Positions 21,201-30,000 of a stretch of 64,000 nt of DNA are shown here, one piece after another. How positions within the stretch are numbered: position 1 is the first letter of the stretch; each line of letters opens with the position of its first letter. Made by a program: the position numbers and the translations under genes. Below the pieces are notes generated by a model, which was given only the letters and a program-made list of their open reading frames with translations, had not been told where the DNA came from and searched no databases. Source of the DNA: Thermoplasmata archaeon (GTDB taxonomy: Archaea > Thermoplasmatota > DTKX01 > VGTL01); assembly GCA_038851035.1 (NCBI GenBank), contig JAWCLH010000013.1, forward strand, positions 10,970 through 74,969. The letters are read 5' to 3'.

Positions 21201-24023
21201 AGCGTTGAATGTGCCTGCGGAGCGGTTGTGGTAGGTGACGCCGTAGGCATCGGGCCTCGGGACCATGGTCGACCCGCCCGAGGCGGGCATGAAAGTCCGG
21301 GATATCGTGTAGTTGATTCCGTGACCAACAGGGTTCCCCTTTACACCGTATAGAATTTCAGGAACGCCCCGACCGCGCTCCACTCCGCTGATGTGCAGGA
21401 AATCGTGCACAAAGGTGCCCGCTCCGTAGCTACCCGTCTCGAAGGCATCCTGCCCTATGAGCCAGAGGCTCCTGCCGTCGCCGGAGGAAAGGTATCCCCT
21501 GAGCGCGCCCAAGTCGGCCGCCGTCAGCGGTTCGCTCGCACCGGGCGCGCACTGGCCCGTCACCCATATCACGGTGTTGTACTTCCTCAGAACGGCCTCG
21601 GAGGGCCCATCATCGGACGGCCCGGGGACGACGTGCGTCTGGAAGGTGTAGCCCAGCCTCTCCATCGCTCTCGAGACCTCGAATGAGGAATTGTAACCAG
21701 TGCCGGTTGCGCGGTTGTTGGGGCTGTCGTCATCGTCAACGAGAAGAACGCTGAACCTGACCATGAGCTGCGAGGAGGAGGCACCCCAGGCCTCGTTGTT
21801 GTTCTCGTCGACCTCGGGGATAAAGTTGAAGGGGTCCACAGTGACCCTGAGGGTGTGTGTGCCGACCCTGTTCGCCACCCACTTCATCGTCACCTTCACC
21901 ACCCCTCCAGAGGCCGGGACCAGAGGCACCTCGACCGGATTGGTTGTGGCGCTTGAATTCTGGAGGGCGTCATCGATGTAGAGCTCAACGGGTACCACGG
22001 GCACATTGTTCATGAGGAATATCACAATCACCCTGTCGGAGCCGACGGGCTCGTTGCTGGGTCCATTGTTGCGGACGAACACCGTGAGATTGACCTCGTC
22101 CATGAAGTCGGGGTTGAGCTTGCTGATTCCCTGCTCCGATATGGCGAGGTCCCTTCCCCACCTCGCGAGAACGTCGAACCACCTTAGCATCTCATAGGTG
22201 AGGATGGCTCTGTCGTTGGCGCTCCTGAGCTGGGTGAGCTCGAAGGAGAAGAAGGCCAGTGTGTAGGTCGGGCCCGAGCCGTTGGTGGTGGCGTTGAACA
22301 TCAGGCCGTATCTCTTCATGAGGCTCGAGTTCCAGAGCGCCCCTATTGAGAACGCGTCCGGCGCCAGCGTGTCCGCCCTATCCATGAGGCCGCCAGTCCA
22401 GGGCCACGGGTTCATCGGCAGGGACATATTCTCTGTCGCGCTGTTCCCGGGAACCCCCTCGAGGGTCCCGGCGGTGCCCGTGTTCAGGTTGTAGCCCTGA
22501 ACATGGAGATAGTTCGAGAGGAAGCTGCCGTTCAGAATTCTGAGCTCGTCCACGATGTCCTGGCCGATGAGCCAGAGCTTGCCGCCAGCGTCCAGGAATT
22601 TGGTCAGGCTCTCGATGTCGCCCGGCGTCAGGGTCGAGGCGGTTTCGAAACCGGTGAGCCAAATGACTAGGTCGAAGTCGATCAGCCTTCTCTTCACGGG
22701 CCCTGCGTCGTACTTCGGACCGTCTCCGCCGGCGACGCTGTAGTAGGTATACTGGGCCCCTACTGCGCTCAGGGCGGCCCTGAAAGGCGATGTGACGTCC
22801 TTCAGGCTCCCGTCCCCAGCCCTGTCGTCGTCCACGAGCATGATGGTGGGCAGGACCTCGACCGTCTCCGTCCTCTCGTTGTTCCAGGGGTTTGCGTCGT
22901 CGGGCGGGGCGGTGGTCACGGAAACATTCGCTCTGAGCTGGTGCATCCCGCCCACGTCCGGAATCCAGATGGTGTAAACCTCCAGTAGCTGTCCCGCGGA
23001 TACGGAGATGTTGTGGTCGGTGAACAGCTTTCTCGCGCCGTCCCAGTAGGTCAGACTCACGCCGCAAGGCACCCCGCCCTGGTTGGCGATTCTGACGAAA
23101 AACCTGACGGCGTCGCCGTGCTGCGGGTGGTTGTTAGAGAGATAGATGGCGGTGATGTTCAGGTCCGGGGCGTCCGGAGTGATGATACCGGGGCCGATTC
23201 TTATTTGCTTGCTAGCGTAGTTATTGGTGAAGAGACTCTCGTTGCGCAGCGGAATCACCCTCACATAAATCGTGTGCGGGCCCCAGTCCCTCACCGTCCA
23301 GTTGAAGCTCGCCACCGCTACGTCGCCCGGCTGGCCGGTAGAGTTAAGGAATGGAACGGTCTGCTGGGGGAGGGCTGTGGCGCTGTACATGTGGACCGAA
23401 GCGACCACCTGCACGCCATTCACGGGGACCTTGCCGTAATTGTGCACGAGAACGTCGATTCTTATGATATCGCCCTGCATGGGAGCGTTGGCGCCCTCAT
23501 CTATCGGCGCTCCCGAGCGATAGAAGGATATGTCCGCGGAGGTAAGGCCGATGTCTGGGAGGAGGGTGTAGTCCTGCGCCCTCTCGACCTCCTGCTCGCA
23601 GAGCAGTCTACTATTCACGCGGTCCACGAGAGCCACGCGCACCCTGTCCTCTGGCGCCGCCACGCCGCTGATGTCTCTTCTCCACACCTCGCCAACTCTG
23701 AGTATACCGTCCGGGTGGCCCGAGGCGATGTCGTAGATCGCAGGAAGCGCCCCCACGGGGCCCACTTGAATCTCTATGCCCGGATCCCTGAGTTCGCTGC
23801 CGCCGATATGCTCTATGGTGAGATTGGTGCCGTCGAAGCTCGACGCAATTTCGACGCTCAGGGCGCCCGAGGGTGGAGTGACCGAGAGGAGCTCGACCGC
23901 CATTGCCGAGAGCATCACGACGCTCATGATAACCAGCAGAATGTCCCCGAGCACCTCCGAGACGCCCCGCTCGTCCCGGGCGAAGGGCCGGTCCCGGGTC
24001 TTTTTAAAATCTCGCTGCCTCAT
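18249..24023 (-). CDS. Giant type IV pilin-like adhesin 2 (1924 aa): pilin N-terminus, CARDB repeats, vWA domain, jelly-roll domains
   Basis: DERG|VSEVLGDILLVIMSVV; IEHIGG; CARDB (VDPFNFIPEVDENNN); vWA DTSNSM...WTP...LCDG; ATGA overlaps at both ends. Confidence 0.85.
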   Translation of the reverse strand: MRQRDFKKTRDRPFARDERGVSEVLGDILLVIMSVVMLSAMAVELLSVTPPSGALSVEIASSFDGTNLTIEHIGGSELRDPGIEIQVGPVGALPAIYDIASGHPDGILRVGEVWRRDISGVAAPEDRVRVALVDRVNSRLLCEQEVERAQDYTLLPDIGLTSADISFYRSGAPIDEGANAPMQGDIIRIDVLVHNYGKVPVNGVQVVASVHMYSATALPQQTVPFLNSTGQPGDVAVASFNWTVRDWGPHTIYVRVIPLRNESLFTNNYASKQIRIGPGIITPDAPDLNITAIYLSNNHPQHGDAVRFFVRIANQGGVPCGVSLTYWDGARKLFTDHNISVSAGQLLEVYTIWIPDVGGMHQLRANVSVTTAPPDDANPWNNERTETVEVLPTIMLVDDDRAGDGSLKDVTSPFRAALSAVGAQYTYYSVAGGDGPKYDAGPVKRRLIDFDLVIWLTGFETASTLTPGDIESLTKFLDAGGKLWLIGQDIVDELRILNGSFLSNYLHVQGYNLNTGTAGTLEGVPGNSATENMSLPMNPWPWTGGLMDRADTLAPDAFSIGALWNSSLMKRYGLMFNATTNGSGPTYTLAFFSFELTQLRSANDRAILTYEMLRWFDVLARWGRDLAISEQGISKLNPDFMDEVNLTVFVRNNGPSNEPVGSDRVIVIFLMNNVPVVPVELYIDDALQNSSATTNPVEVPLVPASGGVVKVTMKWVANRVGTHTLRVTVDPFNFIPEVDENNNEAWGASSSQLMVRFSVLLVDDDDSPNNRATGTGYNSSFEVSRAMERLGYTFQTHVVPGPSDDGPSEAVLRKYNTVIWVTGQCAPGASEPLTAADLGALRGYLSSGDGRSLWLIGQDAFETGSYGAGTFVHDFLHISGVERGRGVPEILYGVKGNPVGHGINYTISRTFMPASGGSTMVPRPDAYGVTYHNRSAGTFNAVSYESPSMGYKTIWCGWDLSFIAGRVGVGEEEYEAEFTYLALHWLGMPDIRIELRVTEVDLYFGNMTPLSWMSPSMGSSYVVKASLRNEGGSRGDCSVRFLDGSTVIGTAFASIAPGGTTMTEIIWTPLFAGERVISVVMDPDGVVKEIFRFNDRASVGLRTYFFFDDMENGTGHWRHESTIVRINGESALEYMDIGNVSTNVASSWQELRGFRQTFDDFHSMNSSFKLREPGPPVDLTLVFDTSNSMAGQPLQDEKNAALALIQGLGNDSRVAIFKLAQNPGQRFVLGFTQLNAAGRTTVVNTINTLSCQAWTPIWQTFGEAMNYTWDYRSADRVPVVVALCDGQDYQGDDSNIKDPPKNPDDYNNIEKGSNGNLANPGFCPWINWGTRGYFTYHIGKYFGKAGVAGYWYNQTYTGGCNTADGLLNAPMTVFTIGINLEHDPNLPYFSTISSVSNFDRAGSVYTGPGSLESGTPEYNLYRIATTSPKGKYFYAPSSADLMGVFDELAEELASLSLARSAGGSFDGGGAGGGGGAPEDGGSESAPTTPGKSQAPSDSSGPEGPASGRSPNIPGAEDLYALTQSFSLQGVTSARLCFWHKYHLSMGWSGAVVLVGTSVNNVTFTYEYVTPSQSYTGNIRTSVTRLDDLGNEIRWCWNGISGRGTFDWEYAEVSLNKFCGQQYVRVMFAYIRAGGGGGKGWLIDDVEVKVTRSNSAAVQTTSTDQWELVKKGDVLGGGGDFADAYSGQYAWLCHNPSASVDYLKGGLDNYLITPPIDLTNARDATLICKFKFNINYTEGRPPDGFRVEVSDDGGVTWRPIHFGVRAAWKVSGTEPAGPDGKSFTGVNIGGNWVLSTSLARLNCDLTGWAGSVIHLRFRVVTRADTINHYESVTGWGGLYIDDVTVFGNSTTGGRGLPGTAGDDAAPGAGATGVMDDWAGAPSHGEGSGDRILGPRPAGTSVPRIQVPASAAPARFERELTGGDSE

Positions 24024-27000
24024 TCCATCTCACCTCCCCTAGGGCGGACCAGAGCCGGGGTCGCGGGCACAGCGACCAGCCCCAAGGGCCCGAGCATCAT
24101 GCCCCGCAGGCCCGCGCCCTCCTCTCCCGATGCCGGGTCAGGGCCGGAGCTCTCGACCGGGCGGCTATCGGCCCCCTCGTCTCCATAACAGACCTTCCCC
24201 CCCGCCCCAACCTCCTCCTCAGCCTCCGCGCCGGAATGGCAAGCGCTCGTGACTGACCTCTCCACGGGTCCGGCGGCCCTCCCGCCCGTGGTCGTGTTGC
24301 CAACAACCTTGATATCGTCAATATAGACTCCTCCGAAGCCCGCGAGCGCGCTATGGTAATGGTCGGCGATGTCGGTCCTTGTGACCACCCTGAAGCGCAG
24401 AAGTATGACCGAACCTGCCCAGCCTGAGAGGTCGCAGTTCAGCCTCGACATCGTGCCGCTGGCGACCCAGTTACCGCCGAGGTCCACGCCCGTCGCGCTC
24501 GTCCCGTCCGGACCCGCGGCTTCTGTCCCGGAGACCTTCCAGCCCGAGCGGACGCCGCGGTTCAGGGCGCGCCAGGTGATCCCATTGTCGCTCGAGACCT
24601 CAACCCTCAGGCCGTCGGGTGGCCTGCCGTCAAGTGAGTTGATGTTGAACTTCAGCCTCGCGTCTAGCCGGGCGTCGAGGGCGTTCGTCAGGTCGATGGG
24701 AATTGTAGTCAGGCTGTTGTCTATGCCAGCCGCGAGATAGTCAATGCCGGGTGAAGGGCTGTGGCAGAGCCAGGCGCGCTCGCCGCTGTAGGCATCGGCG
24801 ATGTCCCCACCCCCGCCAAGAGCATCGCCCTTGCGCACCAGCTCCCACTGGTCCGGTACCGACGCGGAAACTGGCACGGCATTGGCGCGCTCCACCCTGA
24901 CCTCGATATCGTCTATCGCCCACCCCATTCCCGTCCCTCCAGTGCAGTAAAAATAAGCGAAGCGAATTCGTACAAACTGGTTTCCTATGAAAGGCGTGAG
25001 GTCAGCCTCGACGTAATCCCACGTGAATCTGCCCGAGCCGCTCACGCCATTCCAGCACCAGCGGATGTCGTTTCCGAACCCGTCTTTTAGGTGCGGTGTG
25101 CCCCACTGCGCAATCTGGAGGTTACCGGTGTAGGGCTGGGTGGGCGTGATGTAGCGGTAGGTATATGGGCCGCTCTCCGAGGCAGCGGTACCGACCATCA
25201 GGACCCCCCCGTTCGCCCCAGCTTTCAGATCGTACTTGTGCCAGAAGGTCAGTTTGGCCGAGGAGACGCCCGCTAGGCTGAACGTCTTGGTGGTCAGGTT
25301 CCTGTCGCGCGGGGTCTCGTCCCCGTTCATCCAGTATCGAATTCCCTCGCCAGCCAGAGGGACGTCGGAGGTGACCAGGACCTCGTCCACGACCCAGCCG
25401 GTGGCCACGCTGGAGCCGTCCGAAGTGAACTGGAACCTTAGCACCATCGACGACGTCGGTGTCACCGCGCCGCCCGCGGTCAGGTCGATGTAGCACTCGT
25501 ACTGCCAGTTGTTGGAGTCTTTGTTCGTGCTCCAGACCTGCGTCCAACTCGTCCCTCCGTTGTTGCTCACGTATACCCTGCACCAGTCGCCATTGTTCCC
25601 AAGGTCAGGACAAGACCAGAACGCCAGCCGCGGGTTCTGGCGGCCCGAGAGGTCGAAGACGGGCGATATGAGGCTGTTGTTGTCGTTGTTGTCGTAGTTG
25701 CCCGTGCCGGTGTTGAATGAGCGGTAGGCGAAGGAGCCGTTGTGCTTGATGCCGCTGTGGCGGACCCACTGCGAGCCCGCAGCTCCTCCGTTGACCGTGG
25801 TCCATACCGGAGTGGCGTTCTCGAAACTGTCGTAGAAGACCGTGACCTGCCCCCTCTCCAAGGCGCCCCCCTCGGGCGTGGAGCGGCCGAGGGTCTGGGC
25901 GAGCTGCTGAATCACTTGTGCTATTTGAGAGTATATCTGGAGAAGCTGGTCGCTCGTTGGGGCGTAGTAGTAGCTCCCGCCCTCTGACGCATCGGCGGCG
26001 TCCTGCAGATTGGCGGTGTTGACGTCCCCGCCAAGGCCGATTGTGAAGAGGGGCCCGTGCATCGTGGCGATGAGCGCAAGGGTGTAGTCCCTAGTGTACG
26101 GCGGGTTGTCGTAATTGAACTGCCCGTCTGTGAGAAATACCACGGCCCTCATCGCCCCCGGCCTCGAGTTCTGGATGGTGTAGTTGGTGCCCTGGGACAT
26201 CGCGGTCCAGCCCGCGGTCCATCCGCCCGCCGACAGCTCCTTGATGGTGTTGATGCAGGCGCTCTTGTTGAAGGTGAAGCCCAGGTCCATCGTCACCCCG
26301 CTCGAGAAGGACCATACCGATATTCTGTCTATTGACTCAAGCTGCGTTATGAAGAACATCGCGGCGTTCTTGGCGTCCTGAATCTTCTGGCCGCCCATCG
26401 AGCCCGAGCGGTCGATGATGATGGTGCAGTCCACAGGCCTCCTGATGTCCTGCCTCGACTCGTGCATGTAGAAGGCCCTCGGCCAGCTCCTATACACAGA
26501 GGTTATGTTGGGCAGGCTCGCGTTGTCCGTGGTATTGTACCAGCCGTCCATCTCCTGCCAGCCCTGTATTATATTCGTGTTCGCCACGCCCGGGTCGAGG
26601 TATTCGAGAGCCGACTCGCCGTTTATCCGCAGAACCGTCGCTTCGTGCCTCCAGTTCTTCGTCCCGCTCTCCAGGTCGTCGTAGAAGAAGTAGCAGTCGA
26701 GGCCGACTCCCGCCACATTGTTGAACTTCATCGTCTCGCTCACCGCGTTGTCTGGGTCAACGGTTGCGCCTATGACCCTGCTGCCTGCGAAGAGAGGCCT
26801 CCAGACGATCTCGGCCATCGCCCTCCCGTTGGCCTCGACCGACACCGTGACCGAGTCGATGACTGTGGTCCCGTCGGTGAAGCGAACGACTGCATCGCCC
26901 CTCGTTCCCCCTAGGTTCCAGACCATCGCCTTGAGGACGTAGGATTCGCCTAGCATCGGCTTCATCTCCCTCAGCGGGACCATGCCCGAGTAGTAGAGGT

Positions 27001-30000
27001 CCATGGACGTGACCCTGAGCTCCGTCCGGCTCTCGTAGAAGTGGAACCAGCGCATCACTAGGTAGGTCAGCTCTGAGAGATAGTTGTCGTTTCCATCGTA
27101 CGATATGAATGAGGCGTCCCAGGCGGTCCAGACGCTCCTGAAGTTGTGGGTTGCATTGTCATGCCTAACCGAGTTGAATGGCCGGCAGAGCGAGATTCCG
27201 TCCACCCTCCCCTCGCCCTCGCCAATCCATACCTCGAACCCGTCCACGCTCTTGATTCCGAGCCCCATGTTGCCGGTACCGTGCCTCAGGTCCTCCGTCA
27301 GGTCTCTGGTGACGGAGTGCCAGGAACCGTCCATCGTCCAGCTTCCGAGTCCGAAGACCGGGTTGGGGCCGGGGATGTTGGCGTCCGAGGTGGAGTAGAA
27401 CAGCGTCCGATGAGCGTTGGTGGTGTCTGTCACGTGCCATCCAAAGCTCGCCTCAACTTGGAAGGAGAAGCTCCAGCGCGCTGTTAGTCGGCTGCGCTCG
27501 TCCCAGAAAAGGTCGTTCGGGTTCTGGTTGTTCGTGGCGCTGAAGTCGCCGATAATGAAGACGGTGCTTTGGACAGACGCACCGGTCCTATTGAGCAGGA
27601 TGACCCTAGAGCCCCTCGAGGTGTCCTGAACGTTATAGATGCTAGCGGTCGTGCCCGGCGGAACCACCCTAGCGAACCAGCGCGCCGTGGACCCGTCCTC
27701 CGCGTCGCAGAGGTTTCTCTCGCTCGATGCCGATGCGAGGGGTGACTGGAAGAGAATTCCGTGGCCGTCGATGTACGGCACCAGGAGCCCGCCCTTGTCC
27801 GTGAATGTGGGCTGGGCGGGGTAGGAGATTCCATGGGTCACTGGGTCCATATAGACCCCCTCAATCGTGGAGGGCGTGTGGCTGGCCGGGTCGGAGACCA
27901 ACGCCACCCTCAAGAAGTCCCTACAGAACGGGTCGGAGCCGCTACTGTAGTCCCCGGGCAGAACCGCCTTCTGGCCGATGAGCCAAAGGCCCCGGCCGTC
28001 CCCCTTCTTCAGGAAATCCTGCAAATTGCTCCGGTCATTCGCCGTCAGGGCGTCCGGGCTCTCACCGGCGCACCAGATAATCGCATTGTACTGGCTCATC
28101 TTGTTCAGGTCTGGGCCGTCCGCGCCAGTTGGGACGACGCAAACATCGAAATCGTAGCCCAGCGCATTGACCGCACGGCTGACATTTTGTGTGGCGTTGT
28201 ATAGCGTTCCACCGTTGTTGGCGCTACCATCGTCGTCCACTAGGAGCGTTCCGTACCTGACGAAAATCACCTCATTTGCAACGGCGCTAGCGACCTTATT
28301 ATTGAGCTCGTTTATCTCTTCGATATAGTCGTAGGGGTCGACCTTGACCGTAACCGTGTGGAGCCCCACCTGGTCGGCCACCCAGACCATCGACACCTTC
28401 AGGTAGCCGCCCCTGCCCGGGACCACGAGCGAGGGGTGGGGTGTGTTCTGAGGAATCCAGAGCTCCGAAGTTGCGAGGTCGAACTCCCAGAGCTGGGTGC
28501 TATTTTCAACCGTGACGCGCGCGGGGTCGAAGGCCTTTCCGTCGATATAGAATCCGAGTTGGAGAATGGGGTTGAGGAATGAGGGCGGCTCGTCGCTCAG
28601 GCCGTTGTTGCGGACGAGGACCGTGATGTTGACCTGGTCCATGAATGTGGGCGTGGTGATGTTGAACTCCTGCTCTGATATCGAGAGGTCACGGCCCCAG
28701 CGCGCGGAGCAGTTGAACCACTCGAGCATCGTGTAGGTCAGGATGGAGCGCTCGCTGGGGCGCTTCATACGAGTCAGCTCGAATGAGAAGAAAGCGGAGG
28801 TGTAGGTCTCGACCCCGGGGGTCATGTTCGTGGTTGCGTTGAAGAGAATTCCGACGGGGCGGTTGGGCGCCACCGCTTCAACTAGAGCAGAGGCTGCGAA
28901 CGGCCTTGGCTCGACGAAGTCGCCCTTATTCAGGAGGCCCGGCGGGTAGGGGGTGGAGATGTTGAAGGAGGCGCCTGGTAGAATTCCGGTCCCAACCACC
29001 GGGTCTGGAGTGCCGGCGTCTAGGTAGGATGGGAGGGTTGCGATGGGGTCTACGTTCAGGATGCTGACCAAAAACGCGTTGGATAGGCCGAGGTCGCTCA
29101 GAATTCCCTGACCGATTAGCCAGAGCTTCCCGTGGCCGTTGATGAGATACTTTATCAGCTCCATCTGGTCATTGGGCGTGAGGGTCGTGGTGTCTTCGAA
29201 GCCCGTCATCCATATCACTAGGTCGAAATCCCGCATCGGGTGCTCCCCGGAATCGTATCTCGGTCCATCGCCACCGGCTACGACGTGGGTCGTGTAGGTC
29301 GCACCCACGCTCTCCAGAGCGGCGCTCATGGGCGTCACCACGTCCCTCACGCTCCCCTCCGCGGCGCGGTCGTCGTCGACGAGTAGAATCGTCGGCATTA
29401 CCTCCAGCTCCCTAGACGCCTCCCCGCCCGTCCCGTTGGGCTCGGTGGCGTTGACGATTATCGTGTGGAGGCCCCCGGAGCCGGTCTTCCAGAACGCAGT
29501 TGATATCGTCTCGCCGCCGACGGGAATGCCGACGCCGGTGAGCTCACCTATCAGGCGGGAGTAGCTGCCGTCGTAGAAGCGCACCGTGGCGTAGGCGGGC
29601 ACGCCGCCCTGGTTCACAATCTTCGAGCTGATAATAACCGTTGAGCCGTGGACGGGGTGCTCGTCAGAGAACTCGATCGACTTGACCACGAGATAGGGCC
29701 TGGTGGGGCTGGTGGCGATGACCGGGTAGCCCACGCGGTATTGAACGACGGCGTTGTTGTTCGAGAAACGGGACTCGTTGTGGAACGGGATGATTTTGAC
29801 GGTGAGGGAGTGCATGCCCCAGCTTCCGTTCTGAATTCGGTAGCTGGCGGAAACGCGGGTTGAGTTCCCGGCTCCGAGCCAGGGGATTGTGATGTTGGCG
29901 AAGTCGATAGAGAGGCGGTCTAGGCTTGAGTAGTCGCTCATCCTCACCCGCACGCCCGGGACTCCAGAGCCGCCGTAGTTGTGGATTGTGGCGTTGATGA

